Shown here: positions 37,336 to 60,189 of the stretch, piece by piece
How positions within the stretch are numbered: position 1 is the stretch's first letter
Layout of the letters: every line of letters starts with the position of its first letter
Source of the DNA: the human T2T-CHM13v2.0 reference genome, Homo sapiens
Strand: one strand, 5' to 3'
NCBI RefSeq assembly: GCF_009914755.1
Contig: NC_060925.1
DNA length: 64,000 bases
The notes under the pieces: model-generated
Told to the model about the DNA's origin: nothing
The model's input: only the letters and a program-made list of their open reading frames with translations
The model's database searches: none
Position numbers and translations under genes: made by a program

Positions 37336-40211
37336 TGAACTCCTGACCTCGTGATCCCCCCGCCTCGGCCTCCCAGACTGCTGGGATTATAGGCGTGAGC
37401 CACCACGCCTGGCCGATGTGGTGTTCTTTAACTGATTTACTTTCTCTTTCACTCTCCTCTCCCTTTACCTTTTCAAATCAATCAGGAAATGGGGAATAGT
37501 GTCTCTGGGTTGTTAGTCAGTTCGTTGTCCCCCATCATCTGGGTGCCCCAGACAGAAGCACACCTGGACATCCACGTCCTTTGTAATTTACTTTGTCACC
37601 TTCTCTCTCAGACCTTTTCTCTTTAGCTTCTAATGACCAGTCATTTTACTTTTCTGCTCTTAGTGCCTAAATGCACACTTATGTTTATCCAGTTGTCATG
37701 TTTGTAGTCCCTGTTTTGGCAATTTGGGCAGTTGTTTCTATTCCATGTAAGGCAGGCTTTTGTTATTTTGAGAGGTATTCCTTTGTGCTGACTCTGGGAT
37801 GTCAGAGTCACATTATTCTATGGCCCCAACTGTGTTAGGTCTCATGCCTTTGGGCCTCACTGTTGGCCACCCCCAGGTTTTCAGCATTTGGTATGGGGAC
37901 CCTCACTGGCCAATGTCTAGATACTCCAGGTTTTTCAGCATTTGGTGCCGTTTCATTTTTTTCCTTACTCTGTCATTCCATCCACTTCAGCAACTTCTTC
38001 TAGTCCCTCCTAAAATCATAAATTTTCTTTTCTGCAACAGGTCTCTTCCTGTCTTTCTTTCTGCTCAAAATGAGGGTCCCAAATGAGCTGCCTTGTTCAA
38101 GCCCATTTTTCTGGAGGCCCTGAACCCCTGACCTAATGACGACTCCCTGCAATGGCAGAAAAGCAGCCGCCTGAACACTTTTTTTGGTGTCTCCACTGAT
38201 GGGTGAGTTCTCCACTGTCTCAGGGACTCCAAGGACACGCCCTGAACAACAACCCCTCTCTTCCCCAATTCACATTTGCTGCTACGGGAGCCTGTTTTTC
38301 CTAGCTTCCTTTCCCTTTCTGCCTTTTCAGTCTTCTTTTATTATACTTCTACTGGTTCATGTCTCTCTAGGATTGTGGGTCCCTGGGACAGTCCCAAGGT
38401 CTTGGGTCCAAGATATCTGATATTGAAGTTGTCATGGTAAGGTGACCCTTCATCCATCAATGAGTGTTCTGGCTTGCTGTATCTCTCTCTCTCTCTCTCC
38501 CCCACCAGAGAAACAAAGGGAAAGGTACCCCTCATCCCCCTACTCTCCCTCCTTTCCCTCTTTTTCTTTCCTGCCCTTTTAAATCATCTCCTCCTCCTCT
38601 GAAGCTGAAGGGGGAAAAAAGGATAAAAGAGGGTTTTAAAATTAAAACTGTTATGAAAACTACCTTACCCAAATTCTAGTCTACAGTTTCCTTGGATTAC
38701 CTATTAGAAAAAAAAAGTTTAGCCATGTGAACAGGTTTCAAAATTGTCAGAAATATTTAAATCCAGCTATCTTTAATAAAGTCCAAAGGCTTTTCAAGTT
38801 CACATGAATCCTTTGGTAAATAAAACTTGTTTTCAAATTATTAATAAAGACTGGGTGCTGTCGCTCACACCTCCCAACATTTTGGGAGGCTAAGGTGGGA
38901 GGACTGCTTGAGCCCAGGAGTTCAGGACCAGCCTGGGCAACATAGTGAGACTCCATCTCTAAAACAAAACAAAAAAAATTAGCCAGGTGTGACAGCACAC
39001 ACTTATAGTCCCAGCTACTCAGGAGGCTGAGGTGGAAGATCACTTGACCCCAAGAGGCGGAAGCTGCAGTGAGCTGTGATCATGCCACTGCACTCCAGCC
39101 TGGGCAACAGAAACCTTGTCTCAAAAAATTAATTAATTAAATTAAATAATTGATGGAAATAGAAATGTCTTCAGAATTGTATAAATAAGACGAATTTAAG
39201 ATTGTTGGCTCAATGAAAATAGCTGAATCTTCTCAGTTACTGGCAAAATGCCCATGTGTTTAAGATTCTTACTTAGGGGTTCACCTAATGTTCAGAGTTT
39301 AAAAATGGTTAACCAGGAAATAACTTTGAATAATGACCAATTTTGTCTAATATAGTTCCAGCTAGGCACAGGGGCTCTCACCTGTAATCCCAGCACTTTG
39401 GGTGGCCAAGGCAGGTGGATCACTTGAGGTCAGGAGTTTGAGACCAGCCTGGCCAACATGGCAAAACCCCATGGCTACTAAAAATACAAAAATTAGCCAG
39501 GCGTGGTGGTGCATGCATCCCAGCTACTTGGGAGGCTGAGGCCCAAGAAGCTCTTGAATCCGGGAGGCAGAGGTTACAGTAAGCTAAGATTATGCCATTG
39601 CACTCCAACCTGGGTGACAGAGTGAGACTCTGTCTCAAAAAAAAAAAAAGAAAAAAAATTATAAATAATAATAATAAATTAGGTAAATATAATGAGATAA
39701 ATGCTTATAAGTGAACTTTTTGTATAATTTAAAATCTTAAAATCGTTTTGGATGCTTATTGGATGCCTGGGTCATTTCCAATTAAGAAAGGAATATTATA
39801 TAGGGAAACATTTTACAATAAAATAAAAAATTTTAAAAACTGTGGAATGGTTCTCATCTATAAAATGCTAATATCTGATAGTTCAGGATTTCTTCCTTCT
39901 TAGGTTTATATAAAACTTACCAAAGAAGATGTGTTTTTATTGAGAAAAAGAATAATTGTGTCTAATTCAAAAGTTATCTAAAGGTTGATTCAAATTATGG
40001 ACTTGAAAAGGTTATTTATATAACCAGGTAGAAAGGAACCAGTAAGTAGGGGAGAGATAGGTAAAGAAAGTTATGGATGTTCAGAGGTATTTTTGGTAAG
40101 AAAGGTTATAAATAAAAGAGAATAATTCTACATAAGAAAGAATCCTGCAGATCTCAGTGGGAAAAAAAAAAGGATCTTATATGGTATTGTTCTAGAGTAG
40201 TAGAATGACTA

Positions 40212-40615
<404 letters not shown>

Positions 40616-41583
40616 TTATAAAAAGAATTGTTTATGTGATTAAGTTAGCTATAATTAAAAGTGGAATCTTTCTAAAGAATGGTCTCCTATGTTAAAGTAA
40701 GGGTTTCAAGGTATTGATTTGCTCTTAATGAAATTACAAGAAAATTTGCTTTTCAATTCTATAACTTGTTTCTTTTGAAAATTTCTCAGATTCATATCTC
40801 ATAAGTTCAATTGTTCTATCTCACTGCTTTCAGCTTTTTCTCCCCTTGAGAAAGCCTGAGACATTAGTCTCTCCTTCAACCTTTTCATCAGTTGCTGTAA
40901 CTTTTTCTCTTCCAGTTCTGTTTTTACAGTCAGATGCTGAAATATTTTAGCTTAGAGGTCTATAAAAGCAATGTTTTCCTCCAGTATAACTTGATTCTAT
41001 ACTCTTGGTTTTTCTTGACATGTCTAAATTTTCAGAGTAACCAGAAAACTTTTCATGTTCACCTGCTATATTCAAAACCTTGAACATACTTTGTCCGATT
41101 AAATTCAAGTATTATTTTTCTCTTCATCAAATTTAACTTCAAGATTAGTTAAGTGGGCTTCCCATAAGGAGAGACAATTACACTGCAGAGAGATTACCAC
41201 TTTGGGTAAATAAGTAACTATTACTTACAGTAACCTGTGGTTCTGTGTCAATACAGTATTTTGGGCTTTTTAACATCTTTTACAAATGCCCCCAGAATCG
41301 AATCCTAGCTTGATTGTCTGGCTTGTTGCTGGGCTTTATCAAAGCTATAAAAACTAATCACTGCAAGGTTGTGATATATTTTTACAGCCTCCTGACAGGT
41401 TGTGGACTCCAGCATTACCACTGCCAGCCCTTTAAAAAGTTCCTTATCGGGTGCTATTAACTAATCAATGTGCTTTTGAGTTACAGGGCTTTGACTCCTG
41501 GGTACAGACAGCTCATCTAGAGAAGGCACCAACTCTTGCCAGCATCTAACACCAAACTCAAGTTAACCAAAGCCTTGTCTTTA

Positions 41584-41949
<366 letters not shown>

Positions 41950-43228
41950 TCATTTAATAATTTTGCCTCTATATGAATTAATATAACTTATTCTATGCCT
42001 TGATACTAAATAATTTAAATGTTTAGGTACCTGTAAGATTCCTTTCCTGTCATTCTCAAAACTAGGGCAGGGCTTATGACTTTTTTGTTTGAAACATTGC
42101 TAATTCTTTATGTGTTGTTTTATCTACAGAATTTAAAACTATTCAATTCCTCCAGGCCCAAGGACTACTGAAGAGGTGGGCATGAGAGATTATAGGGGCT
42201 GGGTTTTGAGGGATATAATTAATTCAGACCTTCCAAATCAAGGACAGGCACACAGATACCTAAATAGCTGAACAAAATGTTTGTGTTTTGTAAACCTAAT
42301 TGCTGCAAGCCAAGATTACAATAGCTCAATGCACAGAATTTATAGATAAGTCAGTTTTATAACCTTATTTTTTGGCTTCTGGTTTTGGCTCTTATATTGC
42401 TTAAAAGGGGTTTTAAGAGATAATAATGAGTGCCTGCCTACCTCCACTTCCATCTGGCCTACAATGTTTAATTGGCTATAAGTCACTTGAATCTAAGTCC
42501 CTTGGCCATCAGCGTCCCACCAAGGGACATGAGGGACCTGGGGCAGGTAGCACACCACCTCAGCATTGGTATGGAACAAAATAAAAGCTTGGCCAGCAAT
42601 ATTGCCTCTGGCAGCTGGATGCAGTGGCTCACACCTGTAATCCCAGCACTTTGGGAAGCCAAGGCAGACAGATCACCTGAGGTTAGGAGTTGGAGACTAA
42701 CCTGTCCAACATGGTGAAACCCCATCTCTACTAAAAATACAAAAAGTAGCTGGGCGTGGTGGCGAACGCCTGTAATCTCAACTACCTGGGAGCCTGAGGC
42801 AGGAGAATCACTTGAACCTGGAAGGCGGCTGTTGCAGTGAGCTGAGATCGTGCCACTGCACTACAGCCTGAGTGACAGAGCAAGACTCCGTCTCAAAAAA
42901 AAAAAGAAACTTGAAAAACTAATTCAGGCCATGACAAGAAACAAGGGGTTGGACAAGCCTCACTATACCTTCCCCCCGCTCCCCTTTGGAACTTAAGAGA
43001 CCAGGTTCAAAAGGCACTCTAAGAATATGAAAATAAAGTATTGCCCTTTCCCACAAAGGAAAAGATTGTTCCCTGTTTAACCAGGACACCTAGTCCTATT
43101 AAAAACTTGGGGCAGGGGTGGTGGCTCACGCCTGTAATCCCAGCACTTTGGGAGGCCAAGGCGAGTGGATTACGAGATCAGGAGATGGAGACCTTACTGG
43201 CTAACATGGTGAAACCTCGTCTCTACTA

Positions 43229-43482
<254 letters not shown>

Positions 43483-43597
43483 TCACGAGGTCAGGGAATC
43501 AAGACCATCCTGGCCAACATGGTGAAACCCTGTGTCTAGTAAAATACAAAAAATTTAGCTGGGCATAGTGGCACATGCCTGTAGTCCCAGCTACTCA

Positions 43598-43696
<99 letters not shown>

Positions 43697-43759
43697 TCAT
43701 CTCAAAAAAAAAAAACTTGGAAAGAAGGATTCCTTGAAGATCAATTATAATATAACCAA

Positions 43760-43965
43760 TATGGAAGGGCACCCACTCCCCATTAGGTATTGTTAAGCAC
43801 TCCCACTGCTGTTAAACTTCGGGGAATCACTAGCTAGGTACACCTGTCCCGGATTAAACAAACCTGTTTTTGGTGAATCCCTACAGGCACAAGAGGAGGA
43901 CACCATGACCTACACCTGCAAACCTCTGGAAGACTTAAAGTTGCTATTTCACAAGACAGATAAGT
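43760..43965 (+). pseudogene. ERV pol (integrase C-terminus) remnant
   Basis: Reads WKG...LLSTPTAVKLRGITS*VHLSRIK...YTCKPLEDLKLLF, typical of a gammaretroviral integrase end; disrupted. Confidence 0.75.
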
Positions 43966-44029
43966 AGCAACCACCTCCTCCTGAGAAACACCTTACTTGT
44001 CCTTATTGAGTATAGGGACCACCCTAAAG

Positions 44030-45880
<1,851 letters not shown>

Positions 45881-45987
45881 AGGGCCAATGCCCATAAAAT
45901 CAACAGGAAGCAGTCACAGAAGATGGACTTCCACCCTTCTAAAACCCTGTAAGATTGAAGGGGAGTATATAATCTCTGTGGGGGGAG

Positions 45988-49128
<3,141 letters not shown>

Positions 49129-49813
49129 CTCATACCCAAATCTGAACTCATATTCAAACTCTCAAATACCTTCCCTATGAAGGCATGCATCACCATCCCC
49201 TACCCCAGATATCTTACATGTCAGTCTCTGAGCAGTGTTAATCATTTCTTTGTAATGTGTCTATGGTGTACCCATTCTTCTCTACCCTTACTGCCAGCAT
49301 CCTATTCTAAATCTTAAGGTCTTAAGGGGAAAGCTTCAAGGCTCTCCATAATCTGGATCTACTCTTTCTACCTGAAGCCTTAGTACTTTCCCACACAAAC
49401 ACAGCATTTCTACATGTTTGCAGAATATGCTATTCTACTTCCACTTCTTCCCTCACAATCTATCAAATCCTGTGAATCCTTCAAGCTCCAATTCCAAAAA
49501 GTATATATTTATGGTTGTTTTCCCAATTAAGATTCTAAACTTCCTGAGGTTAGAACTATGTCTTCTGCTTCTTTTAAATGTCACACAGATAGAGATTATG
49601 TTTTAAACCAAAACTCAGAACAAAGGATTTCTTTGTCATTTTCAGACAAAAAAAAATCTGAGAGATAAAAGTTAAACATCAAAATGTGTTTTGTAGGTTA
49701 CTGCAATGGTTTACTAAAACTACGGAATTGTAGGTCGGGCGCGGTGGCTCACGCCTGTAATCCCAGCACTTTGGGAGGCCGAGGCAGGCGGATCACCTGA
49801 AGTCAGGAGTTCA

Positions 49814-50100
<287 letters not shown>

Positions 50101-50249
50101 TCATTTGAGGTCAGAAATTCAAAACCAGCAGGGCTGGGCACGGTGGCTCACACCTGTAATCCCAGCACTTGGGAGGCCGAGGCAGGCAGATCACGACGTT
50201 AGGAGATCGAGACCATCCTGACTAACATGGTGAAACCCTGCCTCTACTA

Positions 50250-50722
<473 letters not shown>

Positions 50723-51757
50723 TTAGTAGTTGAACTGATTCTTATCTCCTTACTATTTTCTTTAAACTATCTCAAAGGAAATGCCTTTTTTCCAGTAAAA
50801 ACACCTAAATTCCAGTATCACCTTAATTTGTCCTGATCTAGTATATTCTGCTCTTAAAAAAAAAAAAAAAAGAATAAAAGAGAAAAAAAGGAAAGGCATG
50901 GGGAGAATAAAGAAAAACCTTCATTTCTCCTTTCCTTATGTCTAAATAATGAGAACTCAAAAAGACTGAGGCTTAAGCACTTGCCTCATTAAGTGGAAAA
51001 CTATCAAAATAAGAATTTCAAAGTAATAAAAAGTATTTGTCCACATCAACTATGTGCAGGACAATGTCCTGCCTTGTTTTATTTTTTATTTATGTGATCA
51101 AAAGTCAAATCTATGTAATTAGCAAAATGGCACAAGCTATTTACCCTTTTTTATTCTAAAAAATTGTGTAGAAGATTAGCAGTGAAACAATATATAATAC
51201 ACATACAAAAAAAACCGCTATTCCTGTCTACATTTCCAGATAAAACACAGGTGTCCCAAAAGCAATACAACAATGCAAGCTACTGTGAATGAGGCTGAAA
51301 ATTTAGAGCCACATGCTATGACAAGGGATGATTCCACAGGAGAGCACTTTTCCCCAAAAGAGCTTTCATCTTTGACAATGTGCTTCAGGCAGCTCATGCC
51401 AGAGAGGGCGTGACCAACACAGTATACCATCAAGATTATTGCTAAACTCCCTCATCTTGGGCACTCCATCAGTTTTCAAATACAGCAGAGTCAGAAACAT
51501 GAAATTCTTCAATATAAACACACACAAGACACAATAAAAAACCACATACTGAGAATGTACCAGTAGGACAAAATAAGAACAAGTGGACTTAAAATGCGGC
51601 AAAAAAGAAAACATCTTAACAGTCAAAATGAATGAATAGGCCGGGTGCAGTGGTTCACGCCTGTAATCCTAGCACTTTGGGAGGCCGAGGTCGGTGGATC
51701 ACGAGGTCAGGAGTTCGAGACCAGCGTGGCCAGCATGGTGAAACCCTGTCTCAACTA

Positions 51758-52009
<252 letters not shown>

Positions 52010-52035
52010 TCATGAAATTGACACTATCCTGGCTA

Positions 52036-52725
<690 letters not shown>

Positions 52726-52749
52726 GTACAATCTACTACTCTAAAGTCA

Positions 52750-53157
<408 letters not shown>

Positions 53158-53391
53158 TTAAACCGCAATTCATCTTTCAAATTGGAAGGGTCATTCATCT
53201 CAGTAGAGCCTTTCCCAGTGTCCCAGGCAGTAGTCTCCCCCTTTAAGCTGCTGCCCAATCACAAAAGACCATACACATCTCCAGACACACCAAATAAAGG
53301 ATGAGAGAATGGAATGAAAGGGATACAATGGCTGGGTGCAGTGGCTCACGCTTGTAATCCAGCACTTTGGGAGGCCAAGGCGGGCGGATCA

Positions 53392-54054
<663 letters not shown>

Positions 54055-54144
54055 TCAGAAATACTACTCTGTAAAGGTACCCAGAAATAGCAATGGCAAA
54101 GTGGTATTGACAAGAATGTAACCTAGAGACCTTGTATACCTTAC

Positions 54145-54649
54145 CTCCTTCTTCCTTGACTTCTTCACTAGGCTCTCCTGAAAAAGGCTCCTTTAGGGTA
54201 AGATGATCACATCTGTCTTCTTGGGTAACTGGCCCAGGCCTGAGTGTCATTTTTTTCCCTCTCTTTGAGCCAGTAGCGTGGAGTTTTCCTTTACCAATGT
54301 GTATATTAAGGGGGTGAAAAGACTCCAAGGAAGGTAGGGTGATTCCCTGAGAGATGGCCACATCAACACCTTCTAGAATTGGTACATTTGTGTTCTGGGT
54401 GAGCATTCCAGAGCTCAGAGATGTATCCTCCATACCAAGCTGATTTCCTGCATCCTGCAAAGACTGTACTTCGAAGCCAGCTACTCTGCCATGACTTGGA
54501 TCCCAGGATAGTGACACCGAACTCAAGTCCTTAACCTGGTCAGATTCTGGTTTAACGGCTGATTCTAGGTCTACGTTGTTTTCCTCTTGATTGCCTTTAT
54601 GCTGTAGGGACTCTGTCACTGTAGTTCTTCTCTTCTTACAGGGCAACAT
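54145..54649 (-). CDS. GON4L: GON4L coding exon 2 (start codon; whole exon 54145-54675, 531 nt)
   Basis: MLPCKKRRTTVTESLQHKG...EEVKEEG matches my recollection of the GON4L N-terminus. Acceptor ttttattctttcag ends at 54676 and donor G|gtaagg is at 54144. 505 coding nt, phase 1. Confidence 0.97.
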
Positions 54650-54650
54650 T

Positions 54651-54674
54651 TTAAAAGTCCCACTTTTGTTCCAT
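54651..54674 (-). other. uORF MEQKWDF* in the GON4L 5' UTR
   Basis: Exon 2 begins A ATG GAA CAA AAG TGG GAC TTT TAA A ATG. Confidence 0.75.
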
Positions 54675-55004
54675 TCTGAAAGAATAAAAAGTTCTTACTG
54701 CCTTCATATTAATTAAAAGTAATAACATTTACTCAATTATCTTTTCATTTATTCATGTTCGATCATGAACACAATACTTCACACCAAATGCACAATTTCC
54801 CTTTAGGTGGAAGTTGAGAGACAGTGGTTAAGTGACTGAGTTCAAATCTCAACTCTACTGATTACTACTGATGGACTACTGTTACCTAGGCCAAGTGATT
54901 TAACCTCGCAAGTCTTCAGTACCCTCAACAGTAAAAAATAATTGCTCTTACTTCATAGAATTGTTACAATTAAAGAGTAAGTGATTAATAAACACTGTGG
55001 GTTT

Positions 55005-55322
55005 ATTTTTGTGTTTTTTTGTTTTTGTTTTTGTTTTTGAGACAGAGTCTCACTCTGTCTCCCAGGCTGGAGTGCAGTGGCGCAATCTCGGTTCACTGCA
55101 ACCTCCGCCTCTCGCGTTTTACGCCATTCTCCTGCCTCAGCCTCCTGAATAGCTGGGACTACAGGCGTGCACCACCTACGCCTGGCTAATTTTTTTTGTA
55201 TTTTTAGTAGAGATGGGGTTTCACCGTGTTAGCCAGGATGGTCTCGAACTCCTGACCTTGAGATCCACCCGCCTCGGCCTCCCAAAGTGCTGGGATTACA
55301 GGCGTGAGCCACCGCGTCCAGC
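55005..55322 (-). mobile_element. Alu ~330 bp from the GON4L exon 2 acceptor (inverted relative to 53700-53993)
   Basis: T-rich tail followed by a reverse-complement Alu body (GAGACAGAGTCTCACTCTGT...GTGAGCCACCGCG). Confidence 0.93.
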
Positions 55323-56096
55323 AAACATTGTTATTATTACCATCAGGGTGGTAGACTAGCATGATGCTGAGAGTAAACTGTGGAATCAGACTGTCTGGAT
55401 GTTTCCCAAGTCACCTTCTCTCCAGCTTTATGACCTTGTGGAAGTTACTCAACCTGAATCTCAGTGTCTTCAGCTATAAAATGGAATATAATAGCATCTA
55501 CTTCATTAGATGGTAAATGATCAATACATGTTTGCTATTGCTGTTTTCATAAACAGGTATTTCCATTAATAGAAACAAATCAAAAGCAAAGTGTGATTGT
55601 TTAAAAGGTTAGGCTATGTTGGCTGGGCACGAGATGGCTCACGTCCGTAATCCCAACACTTTGGGAGGCCAAGGTGGGCAGATTACCTGAGGTCAGGAGT
55701 TCGAGACCAGCCTGATCAACATGGAGAAACCCTGTCTCTACTAAAAATACAAAATTAGCCGGGCGTGGTGGCACACGCCTGTGATCCCAGCTACTCCAGA
55801 GGCTGAGGCAGGACAATCACTTGAACCCGGAGACAGAGGTTGCAGTGAGCCGAGATCGCTCGCCATTGCACTCCAGCCTGGGCAACAAGAGCGAAACTCC
55901 ATCTCAAAAAAAAAAAAAAAGGTTAGGCTACATTAACAACAAACTTTGTGTCGAAACAAGGAAGATAAGAGTCCTACTATCCTCTGCGCTATGTTACTTC
56001 TTGGCTTTTTGCTTCAATTCTAGTTATCACATTTTAAGGGCATTACTGACCTAAACCAGAGGGTATCCTCTATGTTCTTTTAGTATCTGTTTGTAA

Positions 56097-56435
<339 letters not shown>

Positions 56436-56663
56436 TGATACTCAATGTGTCACTGAATATTGTAGATACTCAATGAATGCTCCCTGAATAATAAATGAAA
56501 CAGAGGTTAAACAACTTATTCTGTGCAGCATTTGGGCCAAATGTTAAGCATTATATAAAAACTGATAGTGGCTTGGTGCAGTGGCTCACGCCTGTAATCC
56601 CAACACTCTGGGAGGCCAAGGCGGGCGGATAACAAGGTCAGGAGTTCGAGACCAGGCTGGTCA

Positions 56664-56943
<280 letters not shown>

Positions 56944-57729
56944 TTAGATCACTGGCAATGTTCAAGCGAAGCCTGAATGTCCACTTATCAGAGTACTAGA
57001 TGAAAGCCTGAACTAGAGAACTGAAAAATAAAAGTTCTTTGTAACTCTAAGCGTCTAAGGTTAGATTTCTCTTTCTTCTTTTCTTTCTTTCTCTCTCTCT
57101 CTCTTTCTTTCCAGAGACAAGGTCTCGCTCTGTTGCCCAGACCGGAGTGCAGTGGCAAGATCCTAGTTCACTGCAGCCTCAGACTCCTGGGCTCCAGTGA
57201 CCCTCTGGCCTCGGCCTCCCGAGTAGCTAGGACTACAAGGCACTTGCCACCACCCTCAACGACTTTTTTTCTTTTTTTTTTTTTTTGTAGAGACGGGGTC
57301 TCGATTTGTTACCCAGGCTGGTCTCAAACTCCTGGCCTCAAGCGATCCTCCCGCCCCAGCCTCCCAAAGTGCTAGGATTAGAGGCGTGAGCCACCGCGCC
57401 CGACCTACAGTTAGTTTTAAACCTCCCTTCTGTTTCTCCAAGACATTAGGGGAGATTCTCCATCCCCTCAATCAACTGATGTAATTAAAACTCAGTAACT
57501 AAAGCTCAATAAAACATGAAGATTTCGTTGATTCCTGTGAGAGATGGTGGTGACCTTATAAGAAATAGAATGGGAGTAGCCAGGGCAGCTCTTTTATTTC
57601 ACAGATAATTACTGAGATCAAAAAAAGGGGAAAAAAAGAAAAAGAAAGAAAGAAAAAGAAGGAAAGAAAGACAGCTACTTCAGCTCCAGGCACCTCAAAC
57701 ACAGCAGTAGCTCGACAGAATCCACTTTT

Positions 57730-58210
57730 TTGGGAACCCAAGTCGGACCAGCAGGGTGAATGAATGCCAATGTGGAGGCAGCCCCGGCACGGCCCTCTCC
57801 TAGGAAAACATTTTCAAAAGGGGTCCTAACCGCGCTTCCACCTCGGTGCCCAGGGCTGGCTCCAGTCCCCATTCCCAACTAGACACTGGACTTCACGCCC
57901 TTAACTTCCGCCACGCACCCAGCGCCCACCCTCAGACCCGACCTTCTCAACCTGGACATCGTTCGTCCAGGTGTCCCAGCTCCCACCTGCCTCTTCCCAC
58001 CCCACCACACACAAACCTGTACCCTCACCAGCCGGCCTGATTCCACGGAAACGGCTTTGGCACCACCGGAAGTCAGCCAACAACAGCGAATTGCGTGCGC
58101 GTCCCCGAGCCTCGGAGCGCCGCGCCGCAGTGCATCAAGGAGCATGCGCCTAACACTATGCGCCATCCCATTTTAGGGCAGAGTGAAGCCACAACGTTAG
58201 TGCGTCAGTT
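57730..58210 (-). promoter_or_regulatory. GON4L CpG-rich promoter
   Basis: High CpG density; ETS/GABP CCGGAAGT 58066-58073; NRF1-like TGCGTGCGC 58092-58100 and GCATGCGC 58142-58149. Confidence 0.8.
58017..58075 (-). other. GON4L: GON4L non-coding first exon (TSS approximate)
   Basis: Lies in a CpG-rich segment. Two candidate donors: ACAG|gtttgt (58017) and GCTG|gtgagg (58029). ETS motif near the inferred start. Confidence 0.65.
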
Positions 58211-58438
58211 ATTGGCAAAAAAATTTAAAGGCACTACTTAGCTTTCTCTGCCCATGGAGTTATCCTACTCAAAACTGAGGTTAAGATTCAGTGGTTTAGA
58301 TTAACAGCTAATTTGGGGGCCAGGCGCGGTGGCTCACGCCTGTAATCCCGGCACCTTGGGAGACGGAGGCGGGCGGATTACCTGAGGTCGGGAGTTCGAG
58401 ATCACCCTGGCTAACATGGTGAAACCCCGTCTCTACTA

Positions 58439-58611
<173 letters not shown>

Positions 58612-59503
58612 TTAACAACTAATTTTTCTCACTACGAGTCACCTGGAACACAGGACCAAGGGACTGAAGAAGTCATAAAATGCCAGAAAAAGAAGTCTCT
58701 AAATTACAAATAGTGCAGGCTCCTGATTAAAACTAAGGCACTCTTGGACTCAGGCTATAGTAATTATTCATATATGTACAATATTCTGCATTTTACAAAA
58801 TGCTCTCACATTTTCTTAGGTGACTTGGTCTCCACAATAGACTGTAAGATTATTATATCATATTCCAGTTTGCACAGGACAAAGTTCTGGCTCATCTGAG
58901 TAGGTGATTTCACAACGGTACACAGACAGCTATCAAGGAGAATCAGGTATTAAGTCTCCTAACTCTAGCTAATAATGCATTGACCCAGTGTCCAGGAGGC
59001 TGCCTGGGGTGTAACAGATGTTCAATAATTCAATACGTGCTTTTTGAATGAGCGAATGAATGAATGACTTCTAAAATGATGTTATTTCCACTTTTCTAGA
59101 AAAACAATGTCTGGAATCCACGGAGATTAAAAAAATAATAAAAAACAGAATGTCAAAAGGTGGAAAAATACTTTCAACCCCCTCATTTTACAGGTAAACC
59201 ACCAACACAAATTTATACATTTGAACTAATCCTATCTGTAAACAGAATCCAACGGATGAAATTATCCACAGCCAAAATGAAGGTTGAAATTTATGCAAAC
59301 ATGGCAGTAGTCTGACTAACCTGAATCACACCAACTCTCCCAAATACCAAGGAAGACTCCAGAAGCTCGGAGTTTCATGTGTGTTGTTCTTTGACCTACA
59401 GAATACACAGATCTTTCGGTTTGGCCTCTCTCATACGAAACCCTAAGCACTTGAGGTTCATGAAAAAAATTCAACACTGATTAACTTTGGCACTTTTCAT
59501 TAG

Positions 59504-59725
<222 letters not shown>

Positions 59726-60189
59726 TAATCTTTGTATTTTTAGTAGAGATGGGGGTTTCACCATGCTGGCCAGGCTGGTCTCGAACTCCTGACCTCAAGT
59801 GATCTGCCCGCCTTGGCCTCCCAAAGGTTTGGGATTACAGGCATGAGCCACCGTGCCCGGCTGTTTTTTTAAAATTAGTAAATGTTCAGAGTTGTGCAAC
59901 CATCCCCAGGTTTGGTCTTTCATCAGAGTTTCTGAGGTTTAAGACAGTTTCCATCCACTGTGAAATATAAGCCAAAAAAAAAAGTTCCGTAATAACCTTT
60001 AGCGGTCTCAGAAATGCATAATGATGGCAGTCGATACTGAAATCCAGGCAGTACAGAATTTTATTTTCCCAAAATTCTGGAACTCAGGACCGAGAACATT
60101 TTGCTGCTGTATTAAAGCCCAGAAAACTGAAATCAGAGGATTTCATATAATAATCTACCTATGCTTCTTACCCTTCAGTACTTTCTCGT

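Noticed and set aside
58017-58086. Near-cognate (CTG/TTG) N-terminal extension in frame with GON4L
   Set aside because: The frame is open through exon 1 into exon 2, but the candidate codons lie at or upstream of the inferred TSS, so they may not be in the mRNA.
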